Positions 36,919 to 50,800 of a DNA stretch of 64,000 nucleotides are shown in pieces. Every line of letters begins with the position of its first letter. Within the stretch, counting starts at the first letter, position 1. Under the pieces are notes generated by a model. It was not told the origin of the DNA and ran no database searches. It saw only the letters and a list, made by a program, of their open reading frames with translations. Source of the stretch: Squalus acanthias (Eukaryota); contig CM059431.1 in NCBI GenBank assembly GCA_030390025.1, positions 145,826,001-145,890,000 on the forward strand. The letters are read 5' to 3'. A program made the position numbers and the translations under genes.

Positions 36919-38853
36919 CTACTTTTTGCCCTTCGAGGGTGATCTCCTTCCCTTGCGCACTTCCCCCCTTCTAACCCTACTGCTCCTCCGTAATGGGACC
37001 TCAGTGGCTGCAGCAAGGCTGGTGGAAGGCTGCTGCTCGTCAGACCCTGACACTGCAGATGCCCCTGAAGGACGGCCTCGACCACTTCTGGGCCTGGAGG
37101 GCCCTGCTGCAGACTGCACCAACTCTGCATGGGCGGCAGCAGTCTGTCCTACAGGCGGTGGCAAGTGCAGTGGAGAAGTGACAGTGTTGGCAGCAGGAAT
37201 GCTGTCATCGTGAGAGAGGCCAGCAATTCCCTGCTCGCCCGACACACTGGCACTCCCACGGGGCAGCACTTCAGCATCCGGAGCAATCTGCCGGAGAACA
37301 GATTGCTGGCCTGCTGCGGTGCGGTGACAGCCCCGGGGACATGTGCACGAACCATCGAGATTGGCAGCAGTCTGTGCTCGCGTGGCCTCCATCTGAGTCT
37401 GTATGAGAGCAATCAGAGGTGGGATCACGGCAGCCAGTGACTGAATTGCAGCACTAAGCATTAGTGTGGCATCCGCCTGTGCTACAGCGAAGTGCTCCAC
37501 ACTCCTTGCCAGTGACTCAATGCATTCGGGCACCCTTCCCACTGCACCCATGAGCTCAGTGTGCATGCCCACCGCCTGGGTGTTCATTTCTGCAATCAGC
37601 CGCTCCTCCTCTGCGTCCATTGCAGTAGGAGTGTCTGGCATACTCTCCCTCTGGGGAGAAGGCCCCCGTTATTCCCTACCCCCCCCCCCCATGGCGTTGC
37701 TGCAGCCCGCTGGGTCCTGGAGCTTCACCATCATCAGCCCCTTCCCCCCTGCTCCCCTCCGGGGAAGGCGTGTTCCCAGTGTGGGCATGGGCTTCCTCGG
37801 GAGAGGGTGGCACTGATGCTCTGGCTTCCTCTTCCTCCTCAGCTGCAGCATCACTCCCAGTGGCAGCTTCAGGGCCCGTCTCCTCAGCTGGTGAATCACC
37901 ATCTGAAAGCAGGGAGGTACAAGAGTGGCTTTAGCGTGAGGACAGGGTGGCAGTAAGGGAGGAATAAGTGCAGCGAGTTAGCAAGTTGGATTGAAAGTGT
38001 CAAAGGCTGGTGTTGTGAGGGACAAGTGGAAGGACAGAGGACAAAAAGGTGATGACCTTACCATTGCTGTTCACAACGGGGTCGGCGTCTCCAGTGGCGA
38101 CGGGACCGATCACCCGGCTTGCCACAATCCTGTGGACGCGCTCCTCCAGAACGCTGAGGGGTTGCAGCTGAAGCCGCCCTCCACCTGTCCGTTGCTGCTG
38201 TCTCCTATTATGAGCCAGCTTGGCCTGCAAGAAAAAGGACAGCATCTGAGTAAATATACAGCCATGGTCTTGCCTGATGTGCCTCCCATAGGTGAATAGC
38301 CCTTACAATATACAGCCATGGTCTTGCCTGATGTGCCTCCCATAGGTGAATAGCCCTTACAATGTACAGCCATGGTCTTGCCTGATGTGCCTCCCATAGG
38401 TGAATAGCCCTTACAATATACAGCCATGGTCTTGCCTGATGTACCTCCCATAGGTGAATAGCCCTTACTGTATGCAAAGTGTGGAATGTGCGTGTATGTT
38501 TGATGAAAGGGCCATAGGTGTTGGATGAGTGTTGTGCATTGGGGTTTTAAGACCCTCTGGCCATAGAGTGAGGTTGAGATGGAGGGATGGAGAGGTATTG
38601 AGAAAAAGCCACTCACCCTGACGACCCGAGTGAGGTTGTTGAACTTTTTGCGGCATTGAGTATGGATCCTGGGCACCATGCTCCTGGAGGAGACGCTCTG
38701 AGCCACCTCCCTCCACACTCTTCTGAACTCGCGTGGCAAAGGCCTCCTGCCACTCTCAGGGAACAGCATACATCGTCTGCGCTCCACTGCATCAACCAGA
38801 GCATCCAAGGCCCGCTCGGTGAAGCGATGAGCGCGTTCTCTCACCCTCTCCAT
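36919..38853 (-). pseudogene. Harbinger Myb/SANT-like (trihelix) DNA-binding protein, 3 exons, disrupted
   Basis: Exon 1 38853-38617 (RAHRFTERALDALV...VWREVA...QCRKKFNNL, donor GTGAGT). Exon 2 38224-38062 (AKLAHNRRQQQRTGGG, donor GTAAGG). Exon 3 from 37902, broken at the G12 run and TAA near 37669-37690, continuing into ORF 37641-36919. Confidence 0.85.
38254..38468. repeat. 54-bp tandem repeat x4 inside Myb intron 1
   Basis: TATACAGCCATGGTCTTGCCTGATGTGCCTCCCATAGGTGAATAGCCCTTACAA, near-perfect copies. Confidence 0.95.
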
Positions 38854-41800
38854 GCTTGGCAGCAAAATGGATTACAGGTCTCTCCAGGCGGAGATTCAAG
38901 GCTGCAATGAGCAGGGTGTGGCTGGGGAGCAAGTGCCCCCCCCCCCGCTTTAAGAAGTGTCCGGCGCCAGTGTGTCTGTGTTCCCTCGCTAACTGGCAGC
39001 AGCTGCGCTGCGCTCGCGCGCTGAGTTAGCGCCTCACTCCTTGGCCTTTGCACCTTAAGAGAGGTGTGCAGCGCCTGCTTTAGCGCTCCACTCACCTCCC
39101 GGGGCGGTAAAAGTGAAGTTTCCTGTCAGTACCGATAATTAGCGAAAGGCGCTAATATTTGCGTCCGGACGATATTTGCGCCCCAAATGGGGCGCGACCT
39201 AATTTCTACCCCAGAGTGTACAATTACTGGAACACGGCGAGTGAGACTGTGAGGGACACAGAGTGTACAATTACTGGAATACGGAGAGTGAGAGTGTGAG
39301 GGACACAGAGTGTCTAATTACTGGAACATAGAGAGTGAGAGTGCGAGGGACACAGAGTGTACAATTGCTGGAACACGGAGAGTAAGAGTGTGAGGGACAC
39401 AGAGTGTTCAATTACTGGAACACGGAGAGTGAGAGTGTGAGGGACACAGAGTGTGTAATTACTGAAACAAGTAAAGTGATAGTGTGAGGGACACAGAGTG
39501 TACAATGACTGGAACACGGAGATTGAGAGTGTGTGGGAGACAGGATGTACAATTACTGGAACATGGAGAGTGAGAGTGCGAGGGACATGGTGTTAAATTA
39601 CTGGAACACGGAGAGTGAGAGTGTGAGGGACACAGTTCGTGTAAAATTACTGGAACACGGAGAGTGAGAGTGTGAGGGTCACAGTGTGTACAATTACTGG
39701 AAAACGGAAAGTGAGAGTGTGAGGGAGACAGAGTGTTTAATTACTGGAAAACGGAAAGTGAGAGTATGAGGGAAACAGAGTGTATAATTACTGGATCACG
39801 GAGAGTGAGAGTGCGAGGGACACAGAGTGTACAATTACTGGAACACGGAGAGTGAGAGTCTGAGGGACACAGAGTGTACAATTACTGGAACACGGAGAGT
39901 GAGAGTGTGAGGGACACAGTGTGTGGAATTACTGGAACACGGAGAGTGAGAGTGTGAGGGACACAGAATGTACAATTACTGAAACACGGAGAGTGAGAGT
40001 GTCAGGGACAGAGAGTGTGCGATTACTGGAACACGGAGAGTGAGAGTGTGAGGGCCACAGAGAGTACAATTACTGGAACACGGAGAGTGAGAGTGTGAGG
40101 GACACAGAGTGTACAATTACTGGAACACGGAGAGTGAGAGTGTGAGGGACACAGTGTGTAACAATTAGTGGAACACGGCGAGTGAGAGGGTGAGGGACAC
40201 AGTATGTCCAATTAATGGAACACAGAGAGTGAGAGGGTCAGGTACACCGTGTGTACAATTACTGGAACACGGAGAGTGAGAGTGCGAGGGACACAGTTAG
40301 TGTAAAATTACAGGAACACGGAGAGTTATAGTGTGAGGTACACATAGAGTACAATTACTGGAACACGGAGAGTGAGAGTGTGAAGGACACAGAATGTACA
40401 ATTACTGGAATACGGAGAGTGAGAGTGAGAGGGACACAGAATGTACAATTACTGGAACACGGAGAGTGAGAGTGTGAGGGACACAGAGTGTACAATTACT
40501 GGAACACGGAGAGTGAGAGTGTGAGGGACACAGAGTGTACAATTACTGGAACACGGAGAGTGAGAGTGTGAGGGACACCGTATGTACAATTACTGGAACA
40601 CGGAGAGTGAGAGAGTGAGGGACACAGAATGTACAATTAATGGAACATGGAGAGTGAGAGTGCGAGGGACACAGTGCGTTAAATTACTGGAACACGGAGA
40701 GTGAGAGTGTGAGGGACACAGTTTGTGCAATTACTGGAACACGGAGAGTGTCAGGGACAGAGAGTGTGCAATTACTGGAACATGGAGAACGAGAGTGTGA
40801 GGGACACAGAGTGTGAAATTACTGGAACAAGGAGAGTGAGAGTGTGAGGGACACAGAGTGTTCAATTACTGGAACACGGAGAGTGAGAGTGTGAGGGACA
40901 CTGTGAAATTACTGGAACACGGAGAGTGAGAGTGTGAGGGACACAGTGTGTGGAATTACTGGATCACGGAGAGTGAGAGTGTGAGGAACACAGAGTGTTA
41001 ATTATTGGATCAGGGAGAGGAAAGTGTGAGGGACACAGAGTGTTCAATTACTGGATCACGGAGAGTGAGAGTGTGAGGGACACAGTGTGTGGAATTACTG
41101 GATCACGGAGAGTGAGAGTGTGAGGGAAACAGAGTGTATAATTACAGGATTACGGAGAGTGAGAGTGCGAGGGAAACAGAGTGTGAAATTACTGGAACAA
41201 GGAGAGTGAGAGTGTGAGGGACACAGAGTGTTCAATTACTGGAACACGGAGAGTGAGAGTGTGAGGGACACGGTGAAATTACTGGAACACGGAGAGTGAG
41301 AGTGTGAGGGACACAGTGTGTGGAATTACTGGAACACGGAGAGTGAGAGTGTGAGGAACACAGAGTGTTAATTATTGGATCACGGAGAGTGAGAGTGTGA
41401 GGGACACAGAGTGTTCAATTACTGGATCACTGAGAGTGAGAGTGTGAGGGAAACAGCGTGTGGAATTACTGGAACACGGAGAGTGAGAGTATGAGGGAAA
41501 CAGAGTGTATAATTACTGGATCACGGAGAGTGAGAGTGCGAGGGACACAGAGTGTACAATTACTGGAACACGGAGAGTTAGAGTGTGAGGGACACAGAGT
41601 ACAATTGCTGGAACACAGAGATTGAAAGTGTGAGGGACACAGAGTGTACAATTACTGGAACATGGAGAGTGAGAGTGCGAGGGACACAGAGTGTAAAATT
41701 GCTGGAACACGGAGAGTGAGAGTGTGAGGGACATAGAGTGTACAATTACTGGAACACGGAGAGTGAGAGTCTCAGGGACACAGAGTGTACAATTACTGCA

Positions 41801-44800
41801 ACACGGAGAGTGAGAGTGTCAGGGACAGAGAGTGTGCAATTACTGCAACACGGAGAGTGAGTGTGTGAGGGCCACAGAGAGTACAATTACTGGAACACGG
41901 AGAGTGAGAGTGTGAGGGACACAGAGTGTACAATTACTGGAGCACGGAGAGTGAGAGTGTGAGGGACACAGTGTGTAACAATTACTGGAACACGGCGAGT
42001 GAGAGTGTGAGGGACACAGTATGTCCAATTACTGGAACACGGAGAGTGAGAGTGTCAGGGACACAGTGTGTGCAATTACTGGAACACGGAGAGTGAGAGT
42101 GTCAGGGACACAGTGTGTGCAATTACTGGAACACGGAGAGTGTCAGGGACACCATGTGTACAATTACTGGAACACGGAGAGTGAGAGTGTCAGGGACACC
42201 GTGTGTACAATTACTGGAACATGGAGAGTGAGAGTGCGAGGGACACAGTTAGTGTAAAATTACTGGAACACGGAGAGTTATAGTGTGACGTACACATAGA
42301 GTACAATTACTGGAACACGGAGAGTGAGAGTGTGAGGGACACAGAGTGTTCAATTACTGGAACATGGAGAGTGAGAGTGTGAAGGACAGAGAGTGTGCAA
42401 TTACTGGAACAAGGAGAGTGAGAGTGTGAGGGACACAGAGTGTGAAATTACTGGAACAAGGAGAGTGAGAGTGTGAGGGACACAGAGTGTTCAAATACTG
42501 GAACACGGAGAGTGAGAGTGTGAGGGACACTGTGAAATTACTGGAACACGGAGATTGAGAGTGTGAGGGACACAGTGTGTGGAATTACTGGAACACGGAG
42601 AGTGAGAGTGCTTGGGACACAGAGTGCAATTGCTGGAACACAGAGAGTGAGAGTGTGAGGGACACAGAGTGTACAAATACTGGAACATGGAGAGTGAGAG
42701 TGCGAGGGACACAGAGTGTACAATTGCTGGAACACGGAGAGTGAGAGTGTAAGGGACACAGAGTGTACAATTACTGGAACACGGAGAGTGAGAGCGTGAG
42801 GGACACAGAGTGTACAATTAATGGAACACGGAGAGTGAGAGTGTGAGGGACACAGTGTGTGGAATTACTGGAACAAGGAGGATGAGAGTGTGAGGGACAC
42901 AGAGTGTACAAATACTGGAACATGGAGAGTGAGAGTGCGAGGGACACAGAGTGTACAATTGCTGGAACACGGAGAGTGAGAGTGTGAGGGACACAGAGTG
43001 TACAATTACTGGAACACGGAGAGTGAGAGTGTGAGGGACACAGTGTGTGGAATTACTGGAACAAGGAGAGTGAGAGTGTGAGGGACACAGAGTGTACAAT
43101 TACTGGAACACGGAGAGTGAGAGTGTCAGGGACAGAGAGTGTGCAATTACTGCAACACGGAGAGTGAGAGTGTGAGGGCCACAGAGTGTACAATTACTGG
43201 AACACGGAGAGTGTCAGGGACACAGAGTGTGCAATTACTGGAACACGGAGAGTGTCAGGGACACAATGTGTGCAATTACTGGAACACGGAGAGTGAGAGT
43301 GTCAGGGACACAGTAGTAACAATTACTGGAACACGGAGAGTGAGAGTGTCAGGGACACAGTTGTAACAATTACTGGAACACGGAGAGTGAGAGTGTCAGG
43401 GACACAGTGGTAACAATTACTGGAACAAGGAGAGTGAGAGTGTGAGGGACACAGATCGTACAATTGCTGGAACACAGAGAGTGAGAGTGTGAGGGACACA
43501 GAGTGTACAAATACTGGAACATGGAGAGTGAGAGTGCGAGGGACACAGAGTGTACAATTGCTGGAACACGGAGAGTGAGAGTGTGAGGGACACAGAGTGT
43601 ACAATTACTGGAACACGGAGAGTGAGAGTGTGAGGGACACAGAGTGTACAATTAATGGAACACGGAGAGTGAGAGTGTGAGGGACACAGTGTGTGGAATT
43701 ACTGGAACAAGGAGGTTGAGAGTGTGAGGAACACAGAGTGTACAATTACTGGAACACGGAGAGTGAGAGTGTCAGGGACAGAGAGTGTGCAATTACTGGA
43801 ACACGGAGAGTGAGTGTGTGAGGGCCACAGAGTGTACAATTACTGGAACACGGAGAGTGAGAGTGTGAGGGACACAGTGTGTAACAATTACTGGAACATG
43901 GAGAGTGAGAGTGTCAGGGACACAGTGTGTCCAATTACTGGAACACGGAGAGTGTCAGGGACACCGTGTGTACAATTACTGGAACACGGAGAGTGAGAGT
44001 GCGAGGGACACAGTTAGTGTAAAATTACTGGAACACGGAGAGTTATAGTGTGAGGTACACATAGAGTACAATTACTGGAACATGGAGAGTGAGTGTGTGA
44101 GGGACACAGAATGTACAATTACTGGATCACGGAGAGTGAGAGTGTGAGGGACACAGAGTGTACAATTACTGGAACACGGAGAGTGAGAGTGTGAGGGACA
44201 CCGTATGTACAATTACTGGAACACGGAGAGTGAGAGTATGAGGGACACAGAATGTACAATTACTGGAACACGGAGAGTGAGAGTGTGAGGGACACTGAAA
44301 TTACTGGAACACGGAGAGTGAGAGTGTGAGGGACACAGTGTGTGGAATTACTGGATCACGGAGAGTGAGAGTGTGAGGAACACAGAGTGTTAATTATTGG
44401 ATCAGGGAGAGGAGAGTGTGAGGGACACAGAGTGTTCAATTACTGGATCACGGAGAGTGAGAGTGTGAGGGACATAGTGTGTGGAATTACTGGATCACGG
44501 AGAGTGAGAGTGTGAGGGAAACAGAGTGTATAATTACAGGATTACGGAGAGTGAGAGTGCGAGGGAAACAGAGTGTGAAATTACTGGAACAAGGAGAGTG
44601 AGAGTGTGAGGGACACAGAGTGTTCAATTACTGGATCACGGAGAGTGAGAATGTGAGGGACACAGTGTGTGGAATTACTGGATCACGGAGAGTGAGAGTG
44701 CTTGGGACACAGAGTACAATTGCTGGAACACAGAGAGTGAGAGTGTGAGGGACACAGAGTGTACAAATACTGGAACATGGAGAGTGAGAGTGCGAGGGAC

Positions 44801-47800
44801 ACAGAGTGTACAATTGCTGGAACACGGAGAGTGAGAGTGTAAGGGACACAGAGTGTATAATTACAGGATTACGGAGAGTGAGAGTGCGAGGGAAACAGAG
44901 TGTGAAATTACTGGAACAAGGAGAGTGAGAGTGTGAGGGACACAGAGTGTTCAATTACTGGATCACGGAGAGTGAGAATGTGAGGGACACAGTGTGTGGA
45001 ATTACTGGATCACGGAGAGTGAGAGTGCTTGGGACACAGAGTACAATTGCTGGAACACAGAGAGTGAGAGTGTGAGGGACACAGAGTGTACAAATACTGG
45101 AACATGGAGAGTGAGAGTGCGAGGGACACAGAGTGTACAATTGCTGGAACACGGAGAGTGAGAGTGTAAGGGACACAGAGTGTACAATTACTGGAACACG
45201 GAGAGTGCGAGCGTGAGGGACACAGAGTGTACAATTAATGGAACACGGAGAGTGAGAGTGTGAGGGACACAGTGTGTGGAATTACTGGAACAAGGAGGAT
45301 GAGAGTGTGAGGGACACAGAGTGTACAAATACTGGAACATGGAGAGTGAGAGTGCGAGGGACACAGAGTGTACAATTGCTGGAACACGGAGAGTGTCAGG
45401 GACACAATGTGTGCAATTACTGGAACACGGAGAGTGAGAGTGTCAGGGACACAGTAGTAACAATTACTGGAACACGGAGAGTGAGAGAGTCAGGGACACA
45501 GTTGTAACAATTACTGGAACACGGAGAGTGAGAGTGTCAGGGACACAGTGGTAACAATTACTGGAACAAGGAGAGTGAGAGTGTGAGGGACACAGATTGT
45601 ACAATTGCTGGAACACAGAGAGTGAGAGTGTGAGGGACACAGAGTGTACAAATACTGGAACATGGAGAGTGAGAGTGCGAGGGACACAGAGTGTACAATT
45701 GCTGGAACACGGAGAGTGAGAGTGTGAGGGACACAGAGTGTACAATTACTGGAACACGGAGAGTGAGAGTGTGAGGGACACAGAGTGTACAATTAATGGA
45801 ACACGGAGAGTGAGAGTGTGAGGGACACACTGTGTGGAATTACTGGACCAAGGAGGTTGAGAGTGTGAGGAACACAGAGTGTACAATTACTGGAACACGG
45901 AGAGTGAGAGTGTCAGGGACAGAGAGTGTGCAATTACTGGAACACGGAGAGTGAGTGTGTGAGGGCCACAGAGTGTACAATTACTGGAACACGGAGAGTG
46001 AGAGTGTGAGGGACACAGTGTGTAACAATTACTGGAACATGGAGAGTGAGAGTGTCAGGGACACAGTGTGTCCAATTACTGGAACACGGAGAGTGTCAGG
46101 GACACCGTGTGTACAATTACTGGAACACGGAGAGTGAGAGTGTGAGGTACACATAGAGTACAATTACTGGAACATGGAGAGTGAGTGTGTGAGGGACACA
46201 GAATGTACAATTACTGGATCACGGAGAGTGAGAGTGTGAGGGACACAGAGTGTACAATTACTGGAACACGGAGAGTGAGAGTGTGAGGGACACCGTATGT
46301 ACAATTACTGGAACACGGAGAGTGAGAGTATGAGGGACACAGAATGTACAATTACTGGAACACGGAGAGTGAGAGTGTGAGGGACACTGAAATTACTGGA
46401 ACACGGAGAGTGAGAGTGTGAGGGACACAGTGTGTGGAATTACTGGATCACGGAGAGTGAGAGTGTGAGGAACACAGAGTGTTCAATTACTGGATCACGG
46501 AGAGTGAGAGTGTGAGGGACATAGTGTGTGGAATTACTGGATCACGGAGAGTGAGAGTGTGAGGGAAACAGAGTGTATAATTACAGGATTACGGAGAGTG
46601 AGAGTGCGAGGGAAACAGAGTGTGAAATTACTGGAACAAGGAGAGTGAGAGTGTGAGGGACACAGAGTGTTCAATTACTGGATCACGGAGAGTGAGAATG
46701 TGAGGGACACAGTGTGTGGAATTACTGGATCACGGAGAGTGAGAGTGCTTGGGACACAGAGTACAATTGCTGGAACACAGAGAGTGAGAGTGTGAGGGAC
46801 ACAGAGTGTACAAATACTGGAACATGGAGAGTGAGAGTGCGAGGGAAACAGAGTGTACAATTGCTGGAACACGGAGAGTGAGAGTGTAAGGGACACAGAG
46901 TGTATAATTACAGGATTACGGAGAGTGAGAGTGCGAGGGAAACAGAGTGTGAAATTACTGGAACAAGGAGAGTGAGAGTGTGAGGGACACAGAGTGTTCA
47001 GTTACTGGATCACGGAGAGTGAGAATGTGAGGGACACAGTGTGTGGAATTACTGGATCACGGAGAGTGAGAGTGCTTGGGACACAGAGTACAATTGCTGG
47101 AACACAGAGAGTGAGAGTGTGAGGGACACAGAGTGTACAAATACTGGAACATGGAGAGTGAGAGTGCGAGGGACACAGAGTGTACAATTGCTGGAACACG
47201 GAGAGTGAGAGTGTAAGGGACACAGAGTGTACAATTACTGGAACACGGAGAGTGCGAGCGTGAGGGACACAGAGTGTACAATTAATGGAACACGGAGAGT
47301 GAGAGTGTGAGGGACACAGTGTGTGGAATTACTGGAACAAGGAGGATGAGAGTGTGAGGGACACAGAGTGTACAAATACTGGAACATGGAGAGTGAGAGT
47401 GCGAGGGACACAGAGTGTACAATTGCTGGAACACGGAGAGTGAGAGTGTGAGGGACACAGAGTGTATAATTACAGGATTACGGAGAGTGAGAGTGCGAGG
47501 GAAACAGAGTGTGAAATTACTGGAACAAGGAGAGTGAGAGTGTGAGGGACACAGAGTGTTCAATTACTGGAACACGGAGAGTGAGAGTGTGAGGGACACG
47601 GTGAAATTACTGGAACACGGAGAGTGAGAGTGTGAGGGACACAGTGTGTGGAATTACTGGAACACGGAGAGTGAGAGTGTGAGGAACACAGAGTGTTAAT
47701 TATTGGATCACGGAGAGTGAGAGTGTGAGGGACACAGAGTGTTCAATTACTGGATCACTGAGAGTGAGAGTGTGAGGGAAACAGCGTGTGGAATTACTGG

Positions 47801-50800
47801 AACACGGAGAGTGAGAGTATGAGGGAAACAGAGTGTATAATTACTGGATCACGGAGAGTGAGAGTGCGAGGGACACAGAGTGTACAATTACTGGAACACG
47901 GAGAGTTAGAGTGTGAGGGACACAGAGTACAATTGCTGGAACACAGAGATTGAAAGTGTGAGGTACACAGAGTGTACAATTACTGGAACATGGAGAGTGA
48001 GAGTGCGAGGGACACAGAGTGTAAAATTGCTGGAACACGGAGAGTGAGAGTGTGAGGGACATAGAGTGTACAATTACTGGAACACGGAGAGTGAGAGTCT
48101 CAGGGACACAGAGTGTACAATTACTGGAACACGGAGAGTGAGAGTGTGAGGGACACAGTGTGTGGAATTACTGGAACACGGAGAGTGAGAGTGTGAGGGA
48201 CACAGAATGTACAATTACTGGAACACGGAGAGTGAGAGTGTCAGGGACAGAGAGTGTGCAATCACTGCAACACGGAGAGTGAGTGTGTGAGGGCCACAGA
48301 GAGTACAATTACTGGAACACGGAGAGGGAGAGTGTGAGGGACACAGAGTGTACAATTACTGGAGCACGGAGAGTGAGAGTGTGAGGGACACAGTGTGTAA
48401 CAATTACTGGAACACGGCGAGTGAGAGTGTGAGGGACACAGTATGTCCAATTACTGGAACACGGAGAGTGAGAGTGTCAGGGACACAGTGTGTGCAATTA
48501 CTGGAACACGGAGAGTGAGAGTGTCAGGGACACAGTGTGTGCAATTACTGGAACACGGAGAGTGTCAGGGACACAATGTGTACAATTACTGGAACACGGA
48601 GAGTGAGAGTGTCAGGGACACCGTGTGTACAATTACTGGAACATGGAGAGTGAGAGTGCGAGGGACACAGTTAGTGTAAAATTACTGGAACACGGAGAGT
48701 TATAGTGTGAGGTACACATAGAGTTCAATTACTGGAACACGGAGAGTGAGAGTGTGAGGGACACAGAGTGTTCAATTACTGGAACGTGGAGAGTGAGAGT
48801 GTGAAGGACAGAGAGTGTGCAATTACTGGAACAAGGAGAGTGAGAGTGTGAGGGACACAGAGTGTGAAATTACTGGAACAAGGAGAGTGAGAGTGTGAGG
48901 GACACAGAGTGTTCAAATACTGGAACACGGAGAGTGAGAGTGTGAGGGACACTGTGAAATTACTGGAACACGGAGATTGAGAGTGTGAGGGACACAGTGT
49001 GTGGAATTACTGGAACACGGAGAGTGAGAGTGTGAGGGACACAGAGTGTTCAATTACTGGATCACGGAGAGTGAGAATGTGAGGGACACAGTGTGTGGAA
49101 TTACTGGATCACGGAGAGTGAGAGTGCTTGGGACACAGAGTACAATTGCTGGAACACAGAGAGTGAGAGTGTGAGGGACACAGAGTGTACAAATACTGGA
49201 ACATGGAGAGTGAGAGTGCGAGGGACACAGAGTGTACAATTGCTGGAACACGGAGAGTGAGAGTGTAAGGGACACAGAGTGTACAATTACTGGAACACGG
49301 AGAGTGAGAGCGTGAGGGACACAGAGTGTACAATTAATGGAACACGGAGAGTGAGAGTGTGAGGGACACTGTGTGTGAAATTACTGGAACAAGGAGGATG
49401 AGAGTGTGAGGGACACAGAGTGTACAAATACTGGAACATGGAGAGTGAGAGTGCGAGGGACACAGAGTGTACAATTGCTGGAACACGGAGAGTGAGAGTG
49501 TGAGGGACACAGAGTGTACAATTACTGGAACACGGAGAGTGAGAGTGTGAGGGACACAGTGTGTGGAATTACTGGAACAAGGAGAGTGAGAGTGTGAGGG
49601 ACACAGAGTGTACAATTACTGGAACACGGAGAGTAAGAGTGTCAGGGACAGAGAGTGTGCAATTACTGCAACACGGAGAGTGAGAGTGTGAGGGCCACAG
49701 AGTGTACAATTACTGGAACACGGAGAGTGTCAGGGACACAGAGTGTGCAATTACTGGAACACGGAGAGTGTCAGGGACACAATGTGTGCAATTACTGGAA
49801 CACGGAGAGTGAGAGTGTCAGGGACACAGTAGTAACAATTACTGGAACACGGAGAGTGAGAGTGTCAGGGACACAGTTGTAACAATTACTGGAACACGGA
49901 GAGTGAGAGTGTCAGGGAGACAGTGGTAACAATTACTGGAACAAGGAGAGTGAGAGTGTGAGGGACACAGATTGTACAATTGCTGGAACACAGAGAGTGA
50001 GAGTGTGAGGGACACAGAGTGTACAAATACTGGAACATGGAGAGTGAGAGTGCGAGGGACACAGAGTGTACAATTGCTGGAACACGGAGAGTGAGAGTGT
50101 GAGGGACACAGAGTGTACAATTACTGGAACACGGAGAGTGAGAGTGTGAGGGACACAGAGTGTACAATTAATGGAACACGGAGAGTGAGAGTGTGAGGGA
50201 CACAGTGTGTGGAATTACTGGAACAAGGAGGTTGAGAGTGTGAGGAACACAGAGTGTACTATTACTGGAACACGGAGAGTGAGAGTGTCAGGGACAGAGA
50301 GTGTGCAATTACTGGAACACGGAGAGTGAGTGTGTGAGGGCCACAGAGTGTACAATTACTGGAACACGGAGAGTGAGAGTGTGAGGGACACAGTGTGTAA
50401 CAATTACTGGAACATGGAGAGTGAGAGTGTCAGGGACACAGTGTGTCCAATTACTGGAACACGGAGAGTGTCAGGGACACCGTGTGTACAATTACTGGAA
50501 CACGGAGAGTGAGAGTGCGAGGGACACAGTTAGTGAAAAATTACTGGAACACGGAGAGTTATAGTGTGAGGTACACATAGAGTACAATTACTGGAACATG
50601 GAGAGTGAGTGTGTGAGGGACACAGAATGTACAATTACTGGATCACGGAGAGTGAGAGTGTGAGGGACACAGAGTGTACAATTACTGGAACACGGAGAGT
50701 GAGAGTGTGAGGGACACCGTATGTACAATTACTGGAACACGGAGAGTGAGAGTATGAGGGACACAGAATGTACAATTACTGGAACACGGAGAGTGAGAGT

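Larger units (their letters stand above)
34951..39212. mobile_element. Full-length PIF/Harbinger DNA transposon (4262 bp), inactivated
   Basis: TIR GGGGTAAAAATT / AATTTCTACCCC (11 of 12 match), TSD AGA (34948-34950 and 39213-39215), convergent transposase and Myb-like genes. Confidence 0.96.
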
